Made by a program: the position numbers and the translations under genes. 64,000 nucleotides of DNA, from assembly GCA_963662715.1 (NCBI GenBank), contig OY759724.1, positions 1,818,662 to 1,882,661 of the forward strand. The letters are read 5' to 3'. This DNA comes from Candidatus Omnitrophota bacterium (GTDB taxonomy: Bacteria > Omnitrophota > Gorgyraeia > Zapsychrales > JANLHA01). Shown here piece by piece: positions 42,047-51,519 of the stretch. The first letter of the stretch is position 1, and the number at the start of each line of letters is the position of its first letter. The notes below the pieces were generated by a model. It was given only the letters and a program-made list of their open reading frames with translations, had not been told where the DNA came from and did not search any database.

Positions 42047-43213
42047 GTGGATATTAATCGAAGGATCAAGACACTCGTCGGCTCTTCCACTCTGGCTATT
42101 ACAGCTCGGGCTAAGGAACTGCGTGCGCAGGGGAAAGACGTTGTTAATTTTGCCGGAGGGGAGCCTGATTTCGATACGCCGGAAGAAATTAAACAGGCCG
42201 CTGTCCAGGCTATTCAGGAAGGCTTCACGAAATATACGCCCAGCATCGGTATGCCGCAACTCCGGGAAGCCATCTCGGAAAAATTAAAGAGAGAAAATAA
42301 CCTGCCATATTCCCCCGCTCAAATCGCTGTCTCCTGCGGGGCAAAACATTCCCTTTTCGGCATCATTCAAGTTTTGGTTGATGACGGAGATGATGTCCTG
42401 ATCCCTTCTCCTTATTGGGTGAGTTATCCGGAAATGGTTAAGGCCGCGGGGGGCGTGCCGCACTTCGTCCCTACGGATGCTTCGACACAATTTAAGCTCA
42501 ACGTCGCATTGCTGGAAAAACATATATCAGCGAAGACAAAAGTCCTTGTTTTAAATTCCCCGTCCAACCCCACGGGCATGCTTTACAGCGAAGACCAGCT
42601 TCGTCCGATCGTCGATTGTTGCGTCAAACATAATATATGGATCATCAGTGACGAGATTTACGAAAAACTGGTTTATGACGGGGCTCCTTTCACGTCCGTC
42701 GCCGCTTTAGGAGACAAGGCCTATGAACGGACCATTACCGTTAACGGGATGTCCAAAGCGTTTTCCATGACCGGATGGCGCATTGGATACTGTGCGTCCG
42801 GCTCGGAGGAGCTGATCGGTTATCTTAAGAAATTTCAGGATCATTCGACGTCCAATCCGTGCTCGATCAGCCAGAAGGCGGCTCTCCAGGCCCTTAAATC
42901 TCCTGCGGAGACTATTCTGGCGATGAAAGAGGAGTTTGAGAGCCGGCGCAATCTTATTATGTCGCTTATGGATGATGTTCCGGAGGTCACGTATATCAAG
43001 CCGGAAGGCGCTTTTTATCTTTTCTGTGATTTCTCTTCTCTCGGGGATTCCTTTTCTGTTGCAAAAAGTATTTTGAATGACGTAAATGTTGCGCTTATCC
43101 CCGGGGAGGGATTTGGCGCCCCGGGTTTTATGCGTTTAAGTTTTTCCACGTCTCAGGAAAGAATTCGTGAAGGGGTCAAACGTATTGCGGACTGGACAGC
43201 CAAGAACCGTTAG
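42047..43213 (+). CDS. Pyridoxal-phosphate-dependent aminotransferase, class I (aspartate aminotransferase-like)
   Basis: PLP-lysine motif NGMSKAFSMTGWRIGY and a fold-type I layout. Confidence 0.85.
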   Translation: MDINRRIKTLVGSSTLAITARAKELRAQGKDVVNFAGGEPDFDTPEEIKQAAVQAIQEGFTKYTPSIGMPQLREAISEKLKRENNLPYSPAQIAVSCGAKHSLFGIIQVLVDDGDDVLIPSPYWVSYPEMVKAAGGVPHFVPTDASTQFKLNVALLEKHISAKTKVLVLNSPSNPTGMLYSEDQLRPIVDCCVKHNIWIISDEIYEKLVYDGAPFTSVAALGDKAYERTITVNGMSKAFSMTGWRIGYCASGSEELIGYLKKFQDHSTSNPCSISQKAALQALKSPAETILAMKEEFESRRNLIMSLMDDVPEVTYIKPEGAFYLFCDFSSLGDSFSVAKSILNDVNVALIPGEGFGAPGFMRLSFSTSQERIREGVKRIADWTAKNR

Positions 43214-43282
43214 TCCGTGCTTCCCGCGAATTTCATGTCCGTCTGAATATAATGGAAATCAAAATTAGCCAAAGGAGCCGAT

Positions 43283-44344
43283 ATGGAGTTAAGAGATCTT
43301 CTTCTTTTAACAATAGAAAAAAGAGCTTCTGATTTGCATTTAACTTATGATACGCCGCCGGTCCTGCGTATAGACGGGAAACTTGTTCTGACGAACAAGG
43401 ATCCCCTGTCCCGCGATGAGTTGAAAAAAATGATATACAGTATTCTTACCGACAGCCAAAAGGAAACTTTTGAGCGTGAACGGGAACTGGATTTTTCTCT
43501 GGCCTTATCGGGAATGGACCGCTTCCGTGTCAATGTGCACTTGCAGCGCGGAGCGGCTGAAGCGGCCTTCCGGCGTATTCCGATTTTTATCCCGAATATG
43601 GAGGAGCTGGGCCTTCCCCCTGTTATTGTTGACTTTGCCCGCAAGCCGAACGGGCTGGTGCTCATCACCGGACCTACGGGAACCGGAAAAACAACGACGT
43701 TGGCCTCGATGATCAACTTGATTAATGAGGAACGGGAAGAACTGATTATCATGATCGAGGACCCTATTGAGTATGTCCATTTTAATAAAAAGTCCATTAT
43801 CAAACAGCGAGAAGTCTTCCGGGACACCAACTCTTTCGCCGAAGCGCTCAAGCGCTGCCTGCGCCAGGACCCGGATGTTATCGTCGTGGGGGAGATGCGT
43901 GATTTGGAAACGATTTCTACGGCTTTGACGGCTGCCGAAACCGGACATTTGGTCTTGGCGACGCTGCATACTCCGGATGCTCCGCAGACGATAGAACGTA
44001 TTATCGATGCGTTCCCGCCTCATCAGCAACAGCAGGTTAAGCTGCAGCTTTCCTCGGCCTTGCAGGGTGTCGCTTCTCAGATTTTGTTGCCGCGGGCTGA
44101 CGGACAGGGGCGTGTTCTGGCTACGGAAATCATGGTCGCAACCCCGGGTGTCAGGAATTTGATCCGTGAACAGGCCATTGAACAGCTTCCTACGGCCATA
44201 CAGACCGGAAGTTCTTACGGTATGCATACGATGGACAAATCATTGCAGCGGTTGTATCAGGACGGCGAGATCACTTATGAAACCGCCATGGTGTATGTTA
44301 AGAATAAAGAAGAGTTTGCTCAATTATTAGATAAATCAAACTAG
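43283..44344 (+). CDS. pilT: Type IV pilus retraction ATPase PilT (twitching motility)
   Basis: Walker A GPTGTGKTTT, the PilT/GspE signature LIIMIEDPIEY, and His/Asp boxes. Confidence 0.88.
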   Translation: MELRDLLLLTIEKRASDLHLTYDTPPVLRIDGKLVLTNKDPLSRDELKKMIYSILTDSQKETFERERELDFSLALSGMDRFRVNVHLQRGAAEAAFRRIPIFIPNMEELGLPPVIVDFARKPNGLVLITGPTGTGKTTTLASMINLINEEREELIIMIEDPIEYVHFNKKSIIKQREVFRDTNSFAEALKRCLRQDPDVIVVGEMRDLETISTALTAAETGHLVLATLHTPDAPQTIERIIDAFPPHQQQQVKLQLSSALQGVASQILLPRADGQGRVLATEIMVATPGVRNLIREQAIEQLPTAIQTGSSYGMHTMDKSLQRLYQDGEITYETAMVYVKNKEEFAQLLDKSN

Positions 44345-44362
44345 GAAAGGTTCGTATTTTTT

Positions 44363-45445
44363 ATGTCTATACCTGTTACATTACTGCCAGGAGATGGTAT
44401 CGGCCCGGAAGTGTCTTCGGCCATGCGCAAATGCGTGGATGCCACAGGCGTTGACATCGCCTGGGAAGAACATCCCGTGGGTGAATTTGCGGTCAAACAA
44501 TTTGGAACCCCTTTGCCTGATGAAGCTGTCGAGTCGATCCGGAAGAATAAGGTTGCTATTAAGGGGCCGATTGTCACTCCGGTCGGGTCAGGCTTCCGTT
44601 CCGTGAACGTCCAGTTGCGACAGGTCTTGGATTTGTTTGCCTGCGTACGCCCGGCGAAATATTATAAAGGGACAAAAGCGGTTAATCCTCACGTGGACAT
44701 TGTTATCTTCAGAGAGAACACGGAAGATCTGTATGCCGGAATAGAATTTGAGCTCGGAAGCGATTCCGCCAAACATTTGATCTCCGAAATCAACGGCCTG
44801 CAGGAAAAGACCATCAGGGATGATTCGGCCATATCGATTAAGCCGATCTCGGTTTCCGGCTCAAGGCGTATTGTCAAATTTGCATTTGAATATGCTGTAA
44901 AAAATAATAGGAAGAAAGTGAGCGCGGTTCATAAAGCGAATATCATGAAATATACGGACGGACTTTTTCTGCAGACAGCCAGGGAAGTCGCCCGTGAATA
45001 TGAAGGCAAGGTTGAATTTGAGGATGTCATCGTGGATAATATGTGCATGCAGCTTGTCCAGCGGCCGGAATGGTATGATGTCCTCGTTTTGCCGAATTTG
45101 TACGGAGATATTGTTTCTGACTTGTGCGCCGGGCTTGTCGGCGGTTTGGGCATCGCTCCGGGGGCCAATATCGGGGACGGGGTGGCTTTGTTTGAACCTG
45201 TCCATGGTTCAGCGCCGAAACACGCGGGCAAGAATAAAGTTAACCCCACGGCTACGATATTATCCGGCGTTATGATGCTTCGTTATTTGAACAAACAGGA
45301 TGAAGCGAATCGTTTAGAGGAGGCCGTTAAAGAGGTTATTCGGGAAGGAAAGGATGTTACCTACGATCTTAAGCCTCAGCGCGATGATCCTTCTGCCGTT
45401 GGCACACAAGAGATGGCTGAAGCGATTATCCGTAAGCTGAGTTAA
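44363..45445 (+). CDS. Isocitrate/isopropylmalate dehydrogenase family (NAD-IDH-like)
   Basis: [10 protein letters not shown] and [19 protein letters not shown] motifs of the beta-decarboxylating dehydrogenases. Substrate specificity cannot be told from sequence alone. Confidence 0.85.
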   Translation: MSIPVTLLPGDGIGPEVSSAMRKCVDATGVDIAWEEHPVGEFAVKQFGTPLPDEAVESIRKNKVAIKGPIVTPVGSGFRSVNVQLRQVLDLFACVRPAKYYKGTKAVNPHVDIVIFRENTEDLYAGIEFELGSDSAKHLISEINGLQEKTIRDDSAISIKPISVSGSRRIVKFAFEYAVKNNRKKVSAVHKANIMKYTDGLFLQTAREVAREYEGKVEFEDVIVDNMCMQLVQRPEWYDVLVLPNLYGDIVSDLCAGLVGGLGIAPGANIGDGVALFEPVHGSAPKHAGKNKVNPTATILSGVMMLRYLNKQDEANRLEEAVKEVIREGKDVTYDLKPQRDDPSAVGTQEMAEAIIRKLS

Positions 45446-45481
45446 GCGTGTCCTGAAATTCGTTTTTAGCTAAATCTTTTC

Positions 45482-45530
45482 GGCCCCGGCCAAGGCCAGA
45501 TACGCACCTTGGCTCGGGGTTATTTTATTG
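45482..45530 (+). terminator. Rho-independent terminator after the dehydrogenase gene
   Basis: GC-rich imperfect hairpin GGCCCCGGCCAAGG...CCTTGGCTCGGGG followed by TTATTTTATT. Confidence 0.55.
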
Positions 45531-45537
45531 CTTAACG

Positions 45538-46206
45538 ATGATGAATGAAAAGACGACCCTCGGTCAAATCCGGACGGAGGACTGGGGACTTATTGATTAC
45601 CGGGATGCCTATGAACGTCAAAAGAAGCTTGCTCAGGAGGTGGGGCGGGGGCACGATTCCTGTCTTGTCCTTTGTGAACATCCCCCTGTTTTGACTCTTG
45701 GCCGACTGGCTTCAAAAAACAATATTCTGGCCCCGGGAGATGTTTTGGCCCGTCAGGGCATGGATGTCCTTGAAATCGACCGGGGTGGGGATGTCACGTT
45801 GCATGGCCCGGGACAGCTTGTCGCTTATCCGATTATGGATTTGAAAAACTATCGTCGTGACTTAAAGTGGTTTCTTTTCAAATTAGAGCAAGTAGCCATT
45901 GATTTCTTGAAAGATTTTGATATATTGACTTGTAGATATGCTGGCAGGACCGGTGTTTGGATTGAATCAAAAAAGATTGCCTCTATTGGTGTTGGAGCAA
46001 AACACTGGGTTACCTTCCACGGCCTGGCCGTTAATATCAATACAGATCTTCAGCTTTTTAATCTGATTAGGCCCTGCGGTTTAAATGTTCAGATGACGTC
46101 CCTCAAGGAGCTGAAAGGGGAAAAAATGAATATGCAGGTTGTGAAACAGCGGTGCATATATCATTTCTTGCGTCATTTTACCCGGGATGAAATCCGGAAG
46201 GTTTGA
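45538..46206 (+). CDS. lipB: Lipoyl(octanoyl) transferase
   Basis: LipB family with conserved catalytic Cys/Lys regions (CEHPPVLTLGR..., PCG). Confidence 0.85.
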   Translation: MMNEKTTLGQIRTEDWGLIDYRDAYERQKKLAQEVGRGHDSCLVLCEHPPVLTLGRLASKNNILAPGDVLARQGMDVLEIDRGGDVTLHGPGQLVAYPIMDLKNYRRDLKWFLFKLEQVAIDFLKDFDILTCRYAGRTGVWIESKKIASIGVGAKHWVTFHGLAVNINTDLQLFNLIRPCGLNVQMTSLKELKGEKMNMQVVKQRCIYHFLRHFTRDEIRKV

Positions 46207-46215
46207 AAAAAATTT

Positions 46216-46467
46216 TTGAAAGAGTTCATCATGCAGATTACCCTGCCAGAATTAGGAGAAGGTATTGCCGAAGCCGCTGTCGCTTTTTGGCATGTCGGTG
46301 TGGGTGATGCGGTTAAGAAAGATGATGATCTCGTGGAATTTGTTACGGACAAAGCCACGTTTACTATCTCAGCTGAACGTGACGGTACTATTAAAGAAAT
46401 TTTTTTTCAAGTGGGAGAGCAGGTCAAAATCGGAGCGCCGATTGTTCGATTGGACCCCTTGTCTTAA
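46216..46467 (+). CDS. Stand-alone lipoyl/biotinyl-attachment domain protein (83 aa)
   Basis: A single hybrid-barrel domain with the attachment lysine in the context VEFVTDKATFTI. It has no catalytic E2 or H-protein extensions. Confidence 0.7.
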   Translation: MKEFIMQITLPELGEGIAEAAVAFWHVGVGDAVKKDDDLVEFVTDKATFTISAERDGTIKEIFFQVGEQVKIGAPIVRLDPLS

Positions 46468-47667
46468 ATGAGTTTATCTCTAACGAAGAAAGAGTCTATG
46501 GAAAAAGATAAGTGCCGGGTTCTGCTTATGTATATTACCAGAGTTTCGGGCCACCGGCAGGCAACAGTCTCCATTCAACGGGCTTTGAAGGAGTTGGCCC
46601 CGAACGTCGAAGCCCCGACCGTTAACGGTTTTGGCTACACGTATCCGCTGCTGGATAAGGTTGTTCACCGCACGTATATGAGCGTGATTAAGCGTACACC
46701 CAAGGTGTGGGACTATTTGTATGATAATCCCAGCATTGTCAAAAAATCCGAGCCCGTTAAGAAGTATCTGCACCGCACCAGTCACGCCAAGATCGACAGG
46801 TTGTTTCAACGATATCGTCCGGACACGGTCGTCTGTACCCAGGCGTTCCCCTGCGGCATGGTTGCTGACTATAAAAGAGAGAAAAAACTGAATTTCAACT
46901 TGATTGCCGTGCTGACGGATTATGCCCCGCATTCTTACTGGCTGAATCAGGGGGTCGATTACTATATTGTGCCTTCCTCCGAAGCCAAGGAGCGTTTTAT
47001 AAAAAAAGGTGTCCAGGCAGACGACATTAAGGTCTATGGAATACCGATCAAACCCAAATTTGCTGTTCAATTGGATAAAGGTCCTATCGCCCAGTATTTG
47101 GGTTTGGACCTGAAAATCCCGACAATCCTTATTATGGGGGGAGGGCAAGGGCTCGGCCCTATAAAATCCGTTGTCAATTCTCTCTGTAAGATTAAAATGC
47201 CCCTGCAGATTATTGTTTTGACGGGAACCAATAAAAAACTGGTCAAATGGCTCGATAAAGAGGCCCGGACCTTATCCAGTCATCAGGAAGTGAAAGACAA
47301 GAAGGTTCTGTTTTATGAATTTGCGAATAATGTCGATGAGCTTATGGAGATCGCCACATTGATTATCACAAAACCGGGGGGGATGACGACCAGCGAATCT
47401 TTGGCCAAGGGGCTTCCCATGATTATTGTCAATCCGCTGCCCGGTCAGGAGATGCGCAATACAGACTATCTGCTTAAAAAAGGCATCGGTATCCGTATTG
47501 ACAAGACAAGTGATATCGGGGAAGAAGTTGAGTTATTGCTCAAGTCTCCCGAGCGCTTAACGTCTATGAGTAAAGCTGCTTATGCAAGCGGCAAGCCTCA
47601 TGCGGCTTTGGATATTGCAAAACTTATTTTGTCTATAGATAATAAGACGGGCTTTGACGGCTTCTGA
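46468..47667 (+). CDS. Glycosyltransferase, MGDG-synthase/UgtP-like (GT28 family)
   Basis: N-terminal MGDG-synthase-like region and a C-terminal GT28 domain (ITKPGGMTTSE...PGQE..N). Its start abuts the stop of the lipoyl-domain gene. Confidence 0.75.
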   Translation: MSLSLTKKESMEKDKCRVLLMYITRVSGHRQATVSIQRALKELAPNVEAPTVNGFGYTYPLLDKVVHRTYMSVIKRTPKVWDYLYDNPSIVKKSEPVKKYLHRTSHAKIDRLFQRYRPDTVVCTQAFPCGMVADYKREKKLNFNLIAVLTDYAPHSYWLNQGVDYYIVPSSEAKERFIKKGVQADDIKVYGIPIKPKFAVQLDKGPIAQYLGLDLKIPTILIMGGGQGLGPIKSVVNSLCKIKMPLQIIVLTGTNKKLVKWLDKEARTLSSHQEVKDKKVLFYEFANNVDELMEIATLIITKPGGMTTSESLAKGLPMIIVNPLPGQEMRNTDYLLKKGIGIRIDKTSDIGEEVELLLKSPERLTSMSKAAYASGKPHAALDIAKLILSIDNKTGFDGF

Positions 47668-47745
47668 GATGGCCTCTGGCATGAGAAGTGCGGAAGGCTT
47701 CATGGCAAGACGGTATGTTTGAAATAACTTAATATTTTTTCTGCC

Positions 47746-48660
47746 ATGTTTAAATTTATTCTTTATAAATTTGGGCAATTTCTTGTTAATCGTCTCCCCC
47801 TTAAGGTGTCGTACCGGTTGGCGACTTTTATTTCCGACCTGCATTACTATTTTTCCTTCCGTGACAGACGGACAGTCAGAAAAAACCTGCGGATTATTTG
47901 TCCCGGGAAAACCGATCTCGAACACCGGGTCCGTGAGGTCTTTCGGAATTTCGGAAAGTATCTGGTCGAATTTTTCCGCATGGCCAATGAAATTGACGAT
48001 CAGTTTATCAAAGAGAGAGTCATCGCCGAGAACTTGCATTACATTGATGAGGTGCTGAAAAAAGGCAAAGGGGCTATCCTGCTCACAGGACATATCGGGA
48101 ACTGGGAGCTGGGAGGTGTTTTGTTGAGTCATATGGGCTATCCTTCCGTGGCCATTGCTTTGCCGCATAAAGAGCGACCGGTAAATAACCTTTTTAACAA
48201 ACAGCGTGAAGCCCGAGGTGTTGTTATTGTCCCTCCGCAGGCGGCTACGCGCCGTTGTTTGACGATTCTTAACCGGAATAAAATTATTGCTGTTGTGGCC
48301 GACCGCGCTTTTGGTCCTAATGGGATTGTCCTGGATTTTCTGGGGAAGAAGGCCCTTTTCCCCAAGGGGCCGGCGATATTTTCGGTCAAGACCGGCGCTC
48401 CGATTATCCCGATTTTTCTCATCCGTACCGGTGATGACCGTTTCCGGCTTATGGTGCAGAAACCCATTGACCCGGGCTGTGAGAGCAATAACGGCAGAAT
48501 TGACGAAGATGTCCTGTCCGATATTATAAAAAAATATCTTCGGGTCATCGAAGGGGTTATTCTGGAATATCCTGAACAGTGGCTTATGTTCAGGGATTAC
48601 AGTGTGGAAGAAACTTATAAAGTCATTCAGGAACTAAGTTTGGAGTCAACGGCCAAGTGA
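47746..48660 (+). CDS. Lipid A biosynthesis acyltransferase family (HtrB/LpxL/PatA-like lysophospholipid acyltransferase)
   Basis: N-terminal membrane anchor and a TGHIGNWE (HX4E) active-site motif. Confidence 0.75.
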   Translation: MFKFILYKFGQFLVNRLPLKVSYRLATFISDLHYYFSFRDRRTVRKNLRIICPGKTDLEHRVREVFRNFGKYLVEFFRMANEIDDQFIKERVIAENLHYIDEVLKKGKGAILLTGHIGNWELGGVLLSHMGYPSVAIALPHKERPVNNLFNKQREARGVVIVPPQAATRRCLTILNRNKIIAVVADRAFGPNGIVLDFLGKKALFPKGPAIFSVKTGAPIIPIFLIRTGDDRFRLMVQKPIDPGCESNNGRIDEDVLSDIIKKYLRVIEGVILEYPEQWLMFRDYSVEETYKVIQELSLESTAK

Positions 48661-49328
48661 AGATTTGCCTTATCATCCCTGTTCATAATGAAATCCAACA
48701 TATCGGTGCCCTGGTGGAGTCTATCAAGATAGAAGGCCTTGACAGACTTGTTATTGATGACGGCTCCTCAGATGAGTCGGGGGCAGCGGCTTCTTCCCGG
48801 GGGGCTATTGTTTTAACCAATGAGATGAAGAAGGGGAAAGGGCGTTCATTGCAGCTCGGATTTGAATATGCGCAGAGTCATCATTATGACGGTGTGATTA
48901 CAATGGACGGAGACGGGCAGCATGACCCGAAGGATTTAAAACAATTCCTGGCGCTTATTGAAAAATATCCCTGTTCTGTTATTACCGGCAACCGCATGGG
49001 GGCTCATAAAGGCATGCCTTTTATCCGGGTGATAACCAACTGGTCCATGTCCTGGCTGATTTCGCAGATCTGCCGTCAAAAAATTCCGGACACGCAGTGT
49101 GGATACCGTTACATTGGACGGGAAATTCTGGAAAAATTGCGGCTCACATCAAAAGATTTTGAAATTGAGTCCGAGGTCCTTATCCAGGCCAGTCAGTTGG
49201 GTTATAAGATTTATTCCGTGCCGATATCCACGATTTACCGTAATGAAAAAAGCAAAATCAATCCGTTTAAGGATACACTGCGTTTTTTTGCTTACCTGAT
49301 GAGAGAATGGCGAAAATCCCGCAAATAA
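48657..49328 (+). CDS. Glycosyltransferase family 2 (polyprenyl-phosphate sugar transferase-like)
   Basis: IIPVHNE...DDGSSD DxD motifs of GT-A fold enzymes. 4-nt overlap with the upstream acyltransferase gene. Confidence 0.8.
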   Translation: MKICLIIPVHNEIQHIGALVESIKIEGLDRLVIDDGSSDESGAAASSRGAIVLTNEMKKGKGRSLQLGFEYAQSHHYDGVITMDGDGQHDPKDLKQFLALIEKYPCSVITGNRMGAHKGMPFIRVITNWSMSWLISQICRQKIPDTQCGYRYIGREILEKLRLTSKDFEIESEVLIQASQLGYKIYSVPISTIYRNEKSKINPFKDTLRFFAYLMREWRKSRK

Positions 49329-49479
49329 CTCTTTCCCGTTGTGTATTTTCCTGATAAAGTCATTGCGTAATGCTGAGGGATGACGTATGATAAATTTGTC
49401 AGTTTTTTGTAAGAAATGGGCAAAAGAGGTTGGGATGGCGCATAAAAATGCCTTTTAACAGGATCCCGTTTTTTTTATT

Positions 49480-50175
49480 ATGAAAGAAACAAAAATATTC
49501 AGCCTTTCCATGACCACGTCCATATTGTTGCATGCTTTGGTTTTCAGCAGTTTGCTTTTTGCCCGGCTTTATTATACGGAAAACACGCCTCAGGTGATGG
49601 AGGTCGTTTATCAGCGGGCCGTTAAGGAATCTTTGCCGGCCGAGCAAGTTCAGCGTGCGATTAAACCTTTGAAAGAAGAGCCTTTTCAGCCGGAACCAAA
49701 GATTTTGACTCCTAAAGAATTGTCCAGCGTTGCGATAAAATCACAGCAGGCCGTCAAAGAACCTATGCGGATAGCAAAGCAGAAGAAAATTCCTGTTCAT
49801 TTGCCGAGTTTGAACAGCAAAAGACAGGTTGTCGTGCCTTTTTTGAGTTCTGAGAAAATTACGAATCCTAATTATGTCAATTATCAGGACCATATCCGCA
49901 ATAAAATCAAGAACCAGGCTAATCATTTTGTCAATGACCCCCAATTTCAGGACGGAGAAGTTTATCTGACTTTTATTTTGCACTCGGACGGGGGGTTGAA
50001 GGATATTAAGATCATCGATCAGAAGACGCATGCCAGTGCCTTTCTGCAGAGTATTAGTATGCGGAGCATCAAAGAGTCAAGCCCGTTCCCGCCGTTCCCT
50101 TTTGAGCTTAAGTATCCGGAACTTTCCTTTAATGTGATGATATCGTTTGTTATGAATCAAGACCAAAACAGATGA
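49480..50175 (+). CDS. TonB-family energy transducer
   Basis: N-terminal transmembrane anchor, a Pro/Lys-rich spacer and a TonB C-terminal domain. Confidence 0.75.
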   Translation: MKETKIFSLSMTTSILLHALVFSSLLFARLYYTENTPQVMEVVYQRAVKESLPAEQVQRAIKPLKEEPFQPEPKILTPKELSSVAIKSQQAVKEPMRIAKQKKIPVHLPSLNSKRQVVVPFLSSEKITNPNYVNYQDHIRNKIKNQANHFVNDPQFQDGEVYLTFILHSDGGLKDIKIIDQKTHASAFLQSISMRSIKESSPFPPFPFELKYPELSFNVMISFVMNQDQNR

Positions 50176-50250
50176 TTCTTCTGCCGGGGCTTTCCCCTGG
50201 CCGGGTGATGTCGTTTGTTTTTATGGGATCCCGGGGGCGTGTTTCATGGG

Positions 50251-50279
50251 TTGACAATAGAATATGGGTTTGCTATTTT
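50251..50279 (+). promoter_or_regulatory. Candidate promoter (TTGACA -35, TATTTT -10, 17-nt spacer) upstream of the DUF1844 gene
   Basis: Motifs read in the sequence. The -10 element is weak. Confidence 0.3.
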
Positions 50280-50315
50280 AATCTGGTATATTAATTATTT
50301 TAAAAGGGAGATTTT

Positions 50316-50744
50316 TTGATGACTGAGCATGAAAAGTATGTTGATGAAGCATGGAAGGACAGCGTCACCCAGGAAAAGGAAACGCGCAAAGGAGATTCTG
50401 CTTCGGATTCCAGCCCGGTCTCCGGGGAGGCCTCTGCGCCGTCTTCCTCTGAGGACCTGGCCCAGGAAGACGAAACGCAGGACGTTGAGCTTAACTTTGT
50501 TAATTACATCACCAGCCTGATTTTTCAAGCAATGATTTTCTTGGGGGAGGTTCCTAATCCCATGAATGAAAATACGATTGAAAAAAATCCTCAACAGGCA
50601 AAATTTCTTATTGATACGCTGATTTTATTGCGTGACAAGACAAAAGGGAATCTTACTGCGCAGGAAGACAATATTTTGAACTCGAGCATTTACGAATTGC
50701 AGATGAAATATGTCGAATGCATGAAACAACAGGATGGGGTTTAA
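50316..50744 (+). CDS. Hypothetical protein, DUF1844-like (acidic N-terminus; KTKGNL motif)
   Basis: 142 aa. The C-terminal region FLIDTLILLRDKTKGNLT resembles the DUF1844 signature as I recall it. Confidence 0.5.
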   Translation: MMTEHEKYVDEAWKDSVTQEKETRKGDSASDSSPVSGEASAPSSSEDLAQEDETQDVELNFVNYITSLIFQAMIFLGEVPNPMNENTIEKNPQQAKFLIDTLILLRDKTKGNLTAQEDNILNSSIYELQMKYVECMKQQDGV

Positions 50745-50773
50745 GTTAACATCACATCACAATATTCCGTCTT

Positions 50774-50929
50774 ATGATTAATGAAAAATTGCTGGCCATT
50801 TTAGCCTGTCCGGTTTGCAAGACAGATGTCCTCCTGGAAGGGGAAAAGTTGGTTTGTGTCAAGTGCGGGAGAAAGTATCCCGTCCGTGAGGGCATCCCCG
50901 TCATGTTAGAGGAAGAGGCTGAGCAGTAA
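50774..50929 (+). CDS. Trm112-like small zinc-ribbon protein (51 aa). Not in the ORF track.
   Basis: [51 protein letters not shown]. Two CxxC pairs and an LLxILACP N-terminus are typical of the Trm112/YcaR family. Confidence 0.7.
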   Translation: MINEKLLAILACPVCKTDVLLEGEKLVCVKCGRKYPVREGIPVMLEEEAEQ

Positions 50930-51040
50930 GCGGTTTTGGCCTTAAGAGACCGGCCGTTGATGCTATAACAGGTCTCCGGCATAGGCTAGCCGTGAGTGAC
51001 GTATGGTGAATTCAAAAAGGCGTAAGATAAGGAGGTCGCT

Positions 51041-51481
51041 GTGAAAACAGTGCTCGTTATTCACGGTCCCAACCTGAATCTGCTGGGACAGCGGGAAACT
51101 CATATTTACGGAGTTTCAACATTGGATGATATTAACGCCCGGTTAACGGAGCAGGTTGAAGGTCAACCCATAGAGCTCAAGTTTCTGCAGTCCAATCATG
51201 AAGGAGATATTGTGGATGCTATTGGTCGCGTGAAAGAGGACGGCATCTCCGCGGTGCTTATAAATCCTGCCGCTTACACGCATACGAGCGTGGCCATCCG
51301 CGATGCCGTTGCCGCTGTTGACGTTCCTGTGGTGGAAGTGCATTTGTCTAATATCTATTCCCGGGAAGAGTTCCGGCACAAGTCATTAATTGCCCCGGTT
51401 AGTTATGGACAGATCTCCGGATTTGGCGTACACAGTTATGTGTTGGGTCTGCGGGCCATTATGTCGTTACTCTCAAATTGA
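51041..51481 (+). CDS. aroQ: 3-dehydroquinate dehydratase, type II
   Basis: [14 protein letters not shown]...[16 protein letters not shown] start with an AAGGAGG RBS. Confidence 0.92.
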   Translation: MKTVLVIHGPNLNLLGQRETHIYGVSTLDDINARLTEQVEGQPIELKFLQSNHEGDIVDAIGRVKEDGISAVLINPAAYTHTSVAIRDAVAAVDVPVVEVHLSNIYSREEFRHKSLIAPVSYGQISGFGVHSYVLGLRAIMSLLSN

Positions 51482-51519
51482 GGATTTCTTAATCTGTCAC
51501 TGATTATCAGGATATATTT

